Assembly: GCF_001186125.1 (NCBI RefSeq)
Contig: NW_014040077.1
Location: 1-40,286 of the forward strand
DNA from: Sphaeroforma arctica JP610
Lineage: Eukaryota
Length of the DNA: 40,286 bases
Reading direction: 5' to 3'
The notes below the pieces were generated by a model that ran no database searches, was not told where the DNA came from, and was given only the letters and a program-made list of their open reading frames with translations. The translations under genes were made by a program, and so were the position numbers. Shown one piece after another: positions 24,400-35,352 of this stretch (position 1 is the first letter of the stretch; the number at the start of each line of letters is the position of its first letter).

Positions 24400-25611
24400 T
24401 TGTACCTGGATGAGCGATCGTGACCGAGGTATACGCCGAGTATTGTGGGGTCATCGAGTTTGCCCTGTTGGTCCTGATTCACGAATGCGACTTGACAACC
24501 ATATACATGTATGTTCTTAAGGCGAACGGTGGGGAATTCGCCGTAAAATATTTCCCGGGATGGTTATTGGTCAGAGTTGTGCTTGATAAGTTGGTCAGTC
24601 TTAGTTATAGTCTCGAGTAGAATAGCTTCAGCCCACATACATTCGTGTCGTTGAGCATTTTTGAGCATGTAGTTCATGATGTTCTTGATACTGCCGTTGG
24701 TGCGCTCTATCAAGCCGTGAAGGACAGGGGAGTTAGTGGGGATAAACGTGACCTTAATGTGAGACAGGGTATTGATACGTTGGGAATTCTTGAGAGATAA
24801 AATCGCCGCCCTGGTCGCACTTAATTTCGGTGAATTTACTGAGATATGTTTTCCCGATATCGGTATAAAACTGGGCCAATGTGTGGTACGCATCATTCTT
24901 GATCCTGAGTGGGTAGACGAACCACGTACTTGATGTTAGATGTGTACCCATTGAGAGAGGAGGAGAGGCCAGTTCTAAATCTACGTGAAAGACAGTACCG
25001 AGAGGTGGAAGATAAGTGTGGTCTTTGTGGGTGTGCGAGATAGGCTCGCTGACGCATTTTGCCTGTACCACAGGGTGTGCAGAAACTCAGCGGACGAGGG
25101 TGAGCGAGAACATCGGCTTCGGCGGACAGTAGCTTGGTAATGGGCGGGACAGCAGATGTAGTGTTGCCAACACGTGCGATGTTCAACATGTGAATTGAAT
25201 TGGAAGAGAGTTTGTATATAGTTGCGTGTGTTTGGTGTGAGAGGAAACACCATGGTGATGAGGACGTTTTCTCGTTCGAATTTGAGAAGTGTCTTTCGCC
25301 ATGTTGGCTTGCGAAAAGGAATGTTACCATACAAGTGTTTGTTGTGTTGACGCCATGATTGCGTGAATATATCGTGTAAGGGTGTGCCAGGGTCGAGACT
25401 GCAGTATCTGGGAACCTGAGCGTTGTGAGCCGTAGCGAAAAGGTCGATATCAAGCGGTCCAAAGACATCAACTACATATGTTTGGAAAAGGTCAGAGTGG
25501 AGTTTCTAGTCGTCATATGAAGGTGAAGGTATCGGAGATGGTGTGATATTGCTGTTGTGTAGGATGCCGCATTTTGACATCCGGATGTGCGTGACCAAGC
25601 ATTGTATGCCA
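24400..25611 (-). pseudogene. Copia integrase (GAG-pre-integrase zinc finger, DDE core, SH3-like), interrupted by an MTase domain
   Basis: WHTMLGH 25591-25611, CTPCGTGK 25058-25081, VFHVDL, EIKCDQGGDF, GLIERTNGSI..WAEAI, GKLDD..GVYLGHD. Frameshifted. Confidence 0.88.
25200..25514 (-). pseudogene. Dam-like N6-adenine DNA methyltransferase domain (DIRS-type) within copia pol
   Basis: Manual translation in the frame of ORF 24981-25334, extended upstream: DD*KLHSDLFQTYVVDVFGPLDIDLFATAHNAQVPRYCSLDPGTPLHDIFTQSWRQHNKHLYGNIPFRKPTWRKTLLKFERENVLITMVFPLTP. IDLFA at 25434-25448, NIPF at 25314-25325. Confidence 0.85.
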
Positions 25612-25759
25612 GTTGGCGAGTGTGTGTGTACTAAGTGGGGCTAGTGCGTGTTGGCCGGCAGTGTTTTGGACGCGATTGATAGTATGACCGGCTTGTTGGA
25701 TATGGCATTCGGTAGGTTATGATTCGTCGACCGCAGGTGGAAAGTAAATAATGTAGCGT

Positions 25760-25980
25760 GACGTTGAAGGAGTTGAACGGAGAGTATACTTTGGGTGTCT
25801 GTGGGCATGATGAGGACGCGGCCAAGACCTGGAAGAAGGCCGTGTTGGAGTAGAGTAATTTGCCTTTTGTCAGGGAACTCGACGATAAAATTGCCGTGTT
25901 CGAAACTACTAACGCCGAATGTGGTAGCGCGGATATGTACCATGGCCCCAGAGTCGATGAGGGATGCCCAGAGATGATCA
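25760..25980 (-). pseudogene. Copia aspartic protease
   Basis: WASLIDSGAMVHI..G..L..VLIMP..SILSV in ORF 25641-26096. Confidence 0.8.
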
Positions 25981-26056
25981 GCGGTTGAGGGTCCAGTTGT
26001 AGCTGTCTGTAGAGTATGAAGACGATAGCGTCTAACAGGCGGAGGTATAAAAGACT

Positions 26057-26327
26057 TGGTACAGTGGGAGTGTCGAGTAGATGGTATGTGAACCACCGGT
26101 TACAGGGGCGCCGTAATAACACTGCATGCATGCAGTATCGTTAGGACCAACACGGGTACATTTGCTATATTTGAGGTAAGAGCGGTCGACACCTGGTACA
26201 GTGGGAGTGTCGAGTAGATAGTATGTGAACCACCGGTTACAGGGGCGCCGTAATATCACTGCATGCATGCAGTATCGTTAGGACCAACACGGGTACATTT
26301 GCTATATTTGAGGTAAGAGCGGTCGAC
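26057..26327. repeat. 137-bp tandem duplication in the copia gag zinc-knuckle region
   Basis: TGGTACAGTGGGAGTG...GCGGTCGAC occurs at 26057 and 26194 with only a few mismatches. Confidence 0.92.
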
Positions 26328-27000
26328 GGGACAGGTGCGACCGATGTAGTCGTGTGATGGCCAAGGGTCAAACATAGGGAATATTTGCGTTCATGGTGTG
26401 TGCTGTGGGGAATCTTGGTGTGAAGGATGTTGAGGCTGGAAGGAATGGGCTGGGCGATAAGATGATGGTCGCCTTCAAATTTCAAGGTGAGGTGATAGAC
26501 TTCCTCCAGACTGATTGTATCCGTGCCCTTGGCAAATACTGTAGAACGTAGTAGGTTATAGTTATCGCTACGACTGTATAATAAAGCACAGATAAAATAC
26601 TTATCTGGTATTACTTCACCCACGTCGAGTAACTCTTGGCGTATTTCCTCGAGTGTTTGCATGCTTGTTTCAGTAGAGCCCGTAGCAGTGAAGTATGTTA
26701 AGCGTTTTATACCATCTCAGAAGCGACCATGGCTGCCAGTGTTATTAGTGATGCAGATGTAATTGAAGAACTCAGAGAGGGATTTAGAAATGTGACCCTT
26801 GTAGACGGCGTTGATTAATTTATCACTAATAGAGATATTGAGTATGCGACGGTTTTTGGCATCGGCGAGCATGTCTGCGCCTTCACCGATGGACGTCATG
26901 ACATCGAGAATATAGACTATGCAGTGTACCAAAATGTTCATGTTCCATTTTGAGACCAGTGTACCAGATGCCAAAATCGGCGTACCCTTTTGTAGTTCGT
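26237..27000 (-). pseudogene. Copia gag
   Basis: LEEIRQELLDVGEVIPDKYFICALLYSRSDNYNLLRSTV (copia gag-type L..G..I.D.....LL.SL...Y pattern). N-terminal PIL..W..I motif and degenerate CCHC knuckles (YSLCLTLGHH, SKCTRVGPNDTAC). Confidence 0.8.
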
Positions 27001-27689
27001 TGTCTTTATATTTTGGACATTCGGAGGTGGGGAGGTCACGTTGATCAGGCTGGACATCGTACAAGGACCGTGGTTCATGAGGCATACTTTTACTTTGCTT
27101 CTCGTTAGTTTCGAGGTATTCGACATCAGCTCGTTCCTTCACGTCTCCAACATTCTCAGATCCATTCACGAAAAATAGTGAAATAGGTTAAATCGATGAA
27201 TACAGACAGTGCATGTATGTTTAAAATCAACCTCAAGTTATGCGTTTGTGGCTAGCTCAGAGCTGATCATACCTCCAATTCGTGGAGCCTTTTCGATCAT
27301 TGTATCCTTCTTCTGGGCAACAGATTTTGCTTTCTCGTGATCATAATCTAGACAGTGCGTGTGCGAAGCTCTAAGGATATCTGGCTTAGACTGGATCGAT
27401 GTGTAAGCGCAAGGCAGCACCGTTTATATGAGTGATACAGACATTTTTATTATTATAGCGATTATCATCTTGCATGTGTTTGTGTTTCTGCACTTTAGAC
27501 AAATTACACTCTCCATGGGTCCCAGTGCATGTGTGTAAAATTTCAACGGATGAATTTTTTTTAGGGTGGGTGATCAAAAACCCAAACCCTGCCACCCCCA
27601 AGTTAGGGTAATTAGAAAACGATTAAACGTATGCTACTATTAACTACCCCGCAAGGGTAGTGGAAAGTGGGGTATCTCAAATATAATTA

Positions 27690-28158
27690 CTTTTTACAAT
27701 TTAACATGTTTTTTTAACTCAACGTTTAGTACGATATAGTCGGTTTGGATAAATAAACATTCTAAGTTTGATTCCTGTTTAAACTATGACGAATGCAAAG
27801 GGATCGGCTAAGGCTTCGAATTTCTCGTCATGGAGGACTAAGGTGCTGAGGTCGCCAGTATTTAATTTCTTTTCACAGTTCAATATAAATATTTTAACTC
27901 AAATATTCAGTACGATATAGTCAGTTTGGTTAAGTAAACATTCTAGGTTTAATCCCTATTTAAACTATTGCCAAGGTCGCCAGTATTTAATTTCTTTTCA
28001 CAGTTTAATATAAATGTTTTAACTCAACGTTCAGTATGATAAAGTCAGTTTGGTTAAGTAAACATTCTAAGTTTAATCCCTATTTAAACTATGACGAATG
28101 CAAAGAAACCGACTAAGGCTTCGAATTCCTCGTCATAGAGGACAAAGGTGCCGAGGTC
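27690..28158. repeat. Tandem array of three ~180-bp units (middle one internally deleted)
   Basis: TTTTAACTCAA..GTACGATATAGTC..AAACATTCTA..TTTAAACTAT recurs at ~27712, ~27892 and ~28017. ATGACGAATGCAAAG..CTCGTCAT..GAGGTC is present in units 1 and 3 only. Confidence 0.88.
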
Positions 28159-29090
28159 TACGGTAAAAATATGAGACTGATAATGATATCAGCCAGTTTA
28201 CGTCTACTACGTCTATATATATNNNNNNNNNNNNNNNNNNNNNNNNNNNNNNNNNNNNNNNNNNNNNNNNNNNNNNNNNNNNNNNNNNNNNNNNNNNNNN
28301 NNNNNNNNNNNNNNNNNNNNNNNNNNNNNNNNNNNNNNNNNNNNNNNNNNNNNNNNNNNNNNNNNNNNNNNNNNNNNNNNNNNNNNNNNNNNNNNNNNNN
28401 NNNNNNNNNNNNNNNNNNNNNNNNNNNNNNNNNNNNNNNNNNNNNNNNNNNNNNNNNNNNNNNNNNNNNNNNNNNNNNNNNNNNNNNNNNNNNNNNNNNN
28501 NNNNNNNNNNNNNNNNNNNNNNNNNNNNNNNNNNNNNNNNNNNNNNNNNNNNNNNNNNNNNNNNNNNNNNNNNNNNNNNNNNNNNNNNNNNNNNNNNNNN
28601 NNNNNNNNNNNNNNNNNNNNNNNNNNNNNNNNNNNNNNNNNNNNNNNNNNNNNNNNNNNNNNNNNNNNNNNNNNNNNNNNNNNNNNNNNNNNNNNNNNNN
28701 NNNNNNNNNNNNNNNNNNNNNNNNNNNNNNNNNNNNNNNNNNNNNNNNNNNNNNNNNNNNNNNNNNNNNNNNNNNNNNNNNNNNNNNNNNNNNNNNNNNN
28801 NNNNNNNNNNNNNNNTATATATATATATATATATATATGAATATATGGTAATGCCTCACTACAGTAATAAGATTCGCGCTCAAATCATTCATTTGTGCAC
28901 GAAGGCATGCACTAGTGCGTACAGTCTAAAATACGCATGCATTGCATTCAAAAAATAACTTCTCTTAACATTTAGAGGTATATTTTTGAGATGTATGTAC
29001 AATCCGTGACTATGCTCGCGTGCTTATCCGTGTACATAAAGTTGCATCTACGCATGAACCTGTGCGCAACGGTGCGCTAATTACTGTTTG

Positions 29091-29178
29091 AGCCAGCGAG
29101 AGGCGAGAGTGGGACGTTTATCTAGCGGGAGGAGAGAGTGGAAAGCTTATCTAGCGGGAGGCGAGAGTGGGACGCATA
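29091..29178. repeat. Three ~29-bp tandem units (CTAGCGGGAGGCGAGAGTGGGACG..TAT)
   Basis: Directly visible; related to the units at 30491-30550. Confidence 0.85.
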
Positions 29179-29289
29179 AGGCAACAGTACAACATACATA
29201 TATATGCAAGTATACAATATATATATATATATATATAACACTCAATACACGTCCAAGCTGGTTCTTTCGGCGGCGACAAACTGTCAAGC

Positions 29290-30117
29290 ATCTCCAGATA
29301 CATGAAGTGAAGATGGGGCCGATAGTAGATGTTGATATGAATCCTATCAGCTGCGATGCAGGCATCCACGTGACCTCTAACCTCGTCAGAATATGCCAAT
29401 TGCCCAAAACTTCTGGACGTCAAATTCCAAGTTAAGTATCTAGATGTTGTCACTTTCACTTTACACTTTACTATTATATCTCACACGCCACGTACAGATA
29501 TCAATGCTATACATAATAAAAATGGCTAAGAAACACAAAATCATTCATCCAGGTGCCAGACTTAACCATAGCAGACCTCCATTTTGCAAGGGCTGCCTTC
29601 CAGTCACGATCGGTGGAAAAGAATAGATTCTGTGCATACTCCAACAATAGATCGTTGTCACACGTCGCCACGTTTTGCCTGAGTACCATATGGGGATGCT
29701 CGCACCAGCTCTTGGAAGACAATTGCCATCCCCCACCACATTCTGAACACGGTACAGCTTCTTATCGGGTAGTAAAAATAGGGTACCTGTCTTTATCTCA
29801 TGCTCGTGCGCATGAGTCAACTGTTCAAAGCGTATGTTAGGCAAACCCTTGTGGCTTTTGCTTTTCCTCCTTACCTTTGGGTTCCTTACCTCCAGGGTCA
29901 AGAGTTTTGGTTGGTCGGTCGCTGTTGTGGCCAGACAACTTTCGTTTACGATTGCTGCTATCCTCACCGTCTGCGGCTTGATCCTTTTCATACTTTATAC
30001 AGTACGGATTATTGGACTTCGCTTCTCGTTTTGGGGTTATTCTCGTGGGTGTTGCGTCAACATCGACAGTTCTACCCTTTACTTTCGGTTTAGTGGTGTA
30101 GCCAGCTTACTAGCCAT
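29290..30117 (-). pseudogene. OTU-family cysteine protease/deubiquitinase-like gene, frameshifted (probably transposon- or virus-derived)
   Basis: VVGDGNCLPRA (GDGNC 29719-29733). Next frame gives HMVLRQNVA..MVKSGTWMND, then IHINIYYRPHLHFMYL in ORF 29151-29459. These match the OTU Cys loop, W motif and His loop in order. Confidence 0.75.
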
Positions 30118-30490
30118 CGTACAAACTTCAAGTATACTGTATTACACAAGTCAAATATGAATGATGATCCTGTTGCACTAGTTATTATATATACCCTATT
30201 TCACTACAGTCATGCAATTGATTGACATTGCGTGATAAATATTATATGGTGCATATGTTGATATGGCAGTAAGTGAAATTTGCTGGTTATGTAGCATATG
30301 ATGTAGCATGTGTTGGTATGGCAGTATGCGATATATGCGCTATATGTTGGTTATGTAGCATAAATTATTAGAGATTACTATGGCAGTATGTGATTTATGT
30401 CCGTTATGAATAAAATATTACGTGCAAGTATTTTATTTTTTAGTCTGAGTTGAACGCGTATTGGGTAAACTTATTATAGCGTGGGGCGCC

Positions 30491-30648
30491 TACTTGGAGG
30501 GAGGCGAGAGAGGGGCGCTTAACTTGGAGGGAGGCGAGAGCGGGACGCTTAACAGCCGTAGTCTTAACGGGACGCTTAACTGCCGTAGTCTTAACGGGAC
30601 GCTTAACAGCCGTAGTCTTAACGGGACGCTTAACAGCCATAGTCTTAA
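30491..30648. repeat. Minisatellite: 2 x 30 bp (ACTTGGAGGGAGGCGAGAGCGGGACGCTTA) then ~4 x 27 bp (AACAGCCGTAGTCTTAACGGGACGCTT)
   Basis: Directly visible near-perfect units. Confidence 0.92.
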
Positions 30649-31151
30649 GGGCTTTAGTCCTCGTGTGTGTGTGTGTAAATTGTGTGTGTTTTTGAACATA
30701 AAAATATTTTGATGAAAACGTGGTCCTAATTTCCGACGGTCTTGAGGCTTAGATCTCAACTGACTTTATCTAATGGAGGCTATGCAAAAACAAAACAAAG
30801 GAAAAAAAGAAGGAGCCGGCCTGTCTGCTCTGCCGCCTGTCACAGTCTCAGTATCAGTGGCCCAGTGCGGTGAGTGCCGCGGTGCGACTTTGGCTTTGAC
30901 TTGTAGAGGGTGGCTTTGGGAATTTGAGTCGATTTTCAAACGACTGGAAAATATGCAGGGCATAAATGTTGTGGTGGGTGTATACGTATGTATATTAAAA
31001 TTTTGAAATATCGTACATCCAAAATATTCTTCACGGCAGGTGGGTGATGTTCAGCAAACGGTTTGTGTCCACTCGATTGACCTGTGCAGTCATACACATG
31101 GACATAGCACAACTAGGAGTAGAACACTCACATGTCATTCTCTGATACTCT

Positions 31152-31564
31152 TGTAAGACTAGCGAACCAACCTAGGTGTCGACCCTTTTGTACACTGGTT
31201 CTAGCGAGGCTAGCACAGTAAACGATGTGCACCCTTGAGATTACTACAACTAAGCTCTACTAGCCAACCTAACGGCAACAACTGTGAGATGAGTTAAGAC
31301 TGCGACCACTAAGTCTGACTTTTGGTTTTGCAACCATTAAGTCTGACGCTCTAGTCTAACGTGTTAAAATTGCGACTTAAACTTGCGACCACTGTCTGAC
31401 GCTTATGTCTGCGACTGCTATATTGGACGCTTACGCCTGCGTCCGCTAAACTTACGCCTACGACCCTTGCACCCTGCGACCACTCACAAATATGATTTGA
31501 AGCACATAGACAAAAAACTCACTTGAATTGTATAAGCAAAAAGAAGAAACGGGTCTCGATCACA
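31152..31564 (-). repeat. Candidate 3' LTR of element B
   Basis: TGTAAGAC...GATCACA boundaries just downstream of the integrase end, with internal TGCGACCACT(AAGTCTGAC) repeats. No partner LTR in the window and no clear PPT. Confidence 0.3.
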
Positions 31565-31759
31565 CAATGGCCTCTGTGCAATGCTTGTATTATATTTTCT
31601 TAGACAAAGTATACTTAGACTTTATAAGTTACTCGGTTACTCTATTACGTTTCGGTTTAGGTCCTTGAGGTCCCTGATAGTGGATGGGACATTTCTTAGT
31701 GCCTTTAGGAGGCACATACATTCCATGATCTTTTAAACTTGTGATCCGATATTAAGAGC

Positions 31760-32740
31760 ACTTGAACCATCACCAAAGTTAACTTCGTAAGTTCCGCTCT
31801 TCTTATTGGCCACTGAAATCTTGAATGGTCTAATGTATTCAGCTGTATGCACAGTTGTATCGGAGTTGCGAGCCATGATGATGACTATATCGCCCACCTC
31901 AAACTCGACTATCTTCTTCGAATCATTTCATCGCTTGTATCTTTTCTTGAGTGCGATATCCTTCATCTCTCTCAAGCTAGGAAAGACAAAATCTCTGGTA
32001 CGACGTATCTTCTCTAACCATGGTAGCACATGATCTTCCTGAGAATTCTTGTTGAAAAGTACTAGTAGTTCACTATAACGGCCTCTGAAATAGTGAGCGG
32101 GTGTTCTATCAGTGACTGTATCCGGTGTCTCGTTCATTTGTGTTTGTACCCAGTTAATTGAGTACATGTCACAATCGTCTAGTAACGCTCCACACATGAA
32201 CTTCTTCATCTTTCTGTGCGTACCTCGATTGCACCTTGTGTCTGATGCTTATATAGTACACCCATCTTTTGGCATGATCCCGCAACAAGTAATAGTGTTG
32301 TCATGACGTCTCCTGTAACTCACTACCGTTGTCGGGTCGATACATACAGTAGCTGGCCAGTCGAAATCTGCGAAACATTTATATATGCACTCAGCCGCAG
32401 TTTGTATTGATTTGTCTTTCAGATATAATAGTACATTCTATTTTGAAGCAACATCAAACACTGACAGACATACTTATCTTTCATGTGTTCGGACGTGGAT
32501 AGCTCAACCAAATCAATGACAACCCTGCGCCATTGCTCCTCTTCTGATACGCTTTGCAATTGTGCCTACCCGTAGCGCTTGATTCGATTAACTTTGCAGT
32601 CGTTGCATTCGTGATACACCTGAGATATATATTGCTTAAGCTTTGCCGTACCTTTTACAATCTTTCTCAGTCCTAACCTTATCCATGTGTTTAAGCGCAT
32701 GAATCTGCCTTAGCCACTTCAGAATATCTTCTTCCGGTGA
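31760..32740 (-). pseudogene. Gypsy B DDE integrase with HHCC finger and GPY/F-like module
   Basis: IHALKHMD..YHECNDC, VIDLVEL..FDVASK, MNETPDTVTDRTPAHYFRGR, FEVGDIV..YIRPFKI..GTYEV. Confidence 0.85.
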
Positions 32741-33169
32741 ACTTGCTATATCAAAGTCTGGAGGTGATGATTCCACTACTACATCACTTGGACTTGAAGA
32801 CTCGTCTGGTCCAATTTCGCCTGAAAGATCGGCCGTGTGAATTCTACCAATGTTCGCCCTGTCCATTAGTTGAGTTACATGATCGTATACATCTGGAAAA
32901 TCGTTCATCAACTGCTGAAGTAATTTTGTCTCGGCTTCGTATGCAGTTGCTCTGTCAGAACATATCTTCTTGTAGGATACTTTTGCTAGTGTTGAGTTCC
33001 TCTTTGATTCTGTAGGATCAGATTGTACCTCAGTGACGCATACTGCAGGTGCGTGTGTTGTCGCAGCCTCTCATCGAGACTTAGGTATCAAGAGTGGAAT
33101 CCTGCATTCTTCAACCTAACGTTTGAAGGTCTCCAATTGTGTCCATTTGGATGTTCCAACTAGTCCTAT

Positions 33170-34915
33170 TCGACATATAATTGTATGTCGCCAAGGCGAA
33201 TTTTGGACTGCACGGGTACCCTGGTAGAGGACAGTATCTATCTCTCTATCCACATATATAGGCTCACATTGTAACATCTATGTCAACTGTGGGCGCCATT
33301 TATCTGAATGTCTTAGGGAACAACACAGCGTGCTGGTAGCATCTTATATAGTACATAATTTAGCAACTGTAGTATCAACAACCACTGTGAATTCGCCCAT
33401 GTGTTCTCGTCTGTTAAGTTGATTTGAAACGCATGCCATCTGGATGTTCCAGAGTCCGGTATCGTGGCAGTTGCGCATTATGATGAGCAGCAAACATATC
33501 AATGTAATAAGCCGAGCCTCCACATTAGACTCTTATGTATAAACGTACTCTTAAGCAGTACGCAAATTATAAACGTACTCTTAATAGTACGAGGAACTTA
33601 AGTCTCCTAAATGTACTCTTAATAGTACGAGGAACTTAAGTCTCCTAAATGTACTCTTAATAGTACNNNNNNNNNNNNNNNNNNNNNNNNNNNNNNNNNN
33701 NNNNNNNNNNNNNNNNNNNNNNNNNNNNNNNNNNNNNNNNNNNNNNNNNNNNNNNNNNNNNNNNNNNNNNNNNNNNNNNNNNNNNNNNNNNNNNNNNNNN
33801 NNNNNNNNNNNNNNNNNNNNNNNNNNNNNNNNNNNNNNNNNNNNNNNNNNNNNNNNNNNNNNNNNNNNNNNNNNNNNNNNNNNNNNNNNNNNNNNNNNNN
33901 NNNNNNNNNNNNNNNNNNNNNNNNNNNNNNNNNNNNNNNNNNNNNNNNNNNNNNNNNNNNNNNNNNNNNNNNNNNNNNNNNNNNNNNNNNNNNNNNNNNN
34001 NNNNNNNNNNNNNNNNNNNNNNNNNNNNNNNNNNNNNNNNNNNNNNNNNNNNNNNNNNNNNNNNNNNNNNNNNNNNNNNNNNNNNNNNNNNNNNNNNNNN
34101 NNNNNNNNNNNNNNNNNNNNNNNNNNNNNNNNNNNNNNNNNNNNNNNNNNNNNNNNNNNNNNNNNNNNNNNNNNNNNNNNNNNNNNNNNNNNNNNNNNNN
34201 NNNNNNNNNNNNNNNNNNNNNNNNNNNNNNNNNNNNNNNNNNNNNNNNNNNNNNNNNNNNNNNNNNNNNNNNNNNNNNNNNNNNNNNNNNNNNNNAAAAG
34301 AGCTTGTATTAAATTATTTAAAATACAAATAAAAACCAATGTATTATCTCAATTGATCTTGATATTTTAGACTGACCGGAGGCCGTATTTCTACAAATAT
34401 AGGTTTCTAGGGACTATTAACGTTACTTAGTTGATCCTTCGATAAGCCAACCAGATGTGCCAGTCTGATGAAGGCTAAGTCGGTAATTCTTGAGAGTGGC
34501 AAGTTATTGGTTAAGACAATAACTAAAGACATCAAGAGTATTTTTTTTAAATTTCTTTTTTCTAAAGATAGGATTTTATGAGTCTCTCGGATTCGCCCCA
34601 GAATAGAGCGACAACGAAACACTAAATAAAATCCCTTCGGCGGAAAAAGTACTGAGAGGATTATATATAGGCAATGTCTCAGCCTCACAATCCCTCAGAG
34701 TATTGCTGTTTTCACGAGGCAAACCTAACTTTATTAAACGTCTCATTTCGTTTATTTATATCGATATTTACACGATATAGAATTTACCTACGCGTTTATT
34801 TATTCTAAGGCATTAGTATCGCCTTTATTAGACCGAATCTTACATCAATGGTATGTGGACACACATATGTTGTCTGCAATCTTGAACCACCTAGGATTGG
34901 CCATCCAATCGTAGA
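33170..34915 (-). pseudogene. Gypsy B adenine MTase domain, split by a solo LTR within the IDMFA motif
   Basis: HHNAQLPRYRTLEHP and WANSQW (decayed NPPW) at 33380-33485. The N-terminal part (DW..NPRWF) lies at 34845-34915. Confidence 0.82.
33503..34844 (+). mobile_element. Family C LTR insertion (solo LTR with internal gap), 4-bp TSD TCAA
   Basis: TCAA-TGTAATAAGCCGAGCCTCC...GACCGAATCTTACA-TCAA. Removing it restores colinearity with A. A 38-bp tandem repeat precedes the N-gap. Confidence 0.88.
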
Positions 34916-35352
34916 TAGTGACTCCCGGACCATCTTATTGAAGTCTGGTACGCAGCGTGAAAGCATATCCGGCAAGTGATTATGTACCCCCGGTATATGT
35001 GTAAATCCAAATGGAAATTTCGCGATCGTATCGTGCCATCGACTGACCAATGTCAATTGGGTTTCATGTTCTTTAAATGTTGCAACGATTTCTGATCGCA
35101 CATTACATTGATATATGTACCGTATAGGTAATCCTAAAAATGAGCGAGTGCAGTCACAATAGCCAATAGCTCTTGTTGCACCGTCGGGTAGTTGATTTGT
35201 GACGAACCCATAGCCCTACTAAAGAATTGCACGTATCTCGGTTTCCCATCTATCATTTGATACAGCACGCATCCTATCGCCATGTCGGATACATCTGTAG
35301 CCACCATGAACGGAACTCCATCCTTTGGTGGCTGCACTACGGGAGCTTGCTG

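Larger units (their letters stand above)
12521..27100 (-). mobile_element. Degenerate Ty1/copia retrotransposon (gag-PR-IN[with MTase insert]-RT-RH), interrupted by nested insertions
   Basis: Minus-strand domain order is gag (26237-27000), PR LIDSGA (~25950), WHTMLGH/CTPC zinc finger, integrase core (HVDL, CDQGGDF, GLIERTN), SH3-like GKLD..GVYLGH, RT (QLDV..LKKSLYGLK), RNase H (DTRRST..KHIIDIR..QADILAK). IN before RT is the copia order. Many stops and frameshifts. No LTR pair recognised. Confidence 0.9.

Noticed and set aside
30491..30648. 27-30 bp repeats resembling a CRISPR array
   Set aside because: Units are head-to-tail with no unique spacers, there are no cas genes, and the context is eukaryotic; this is a minisatellite.
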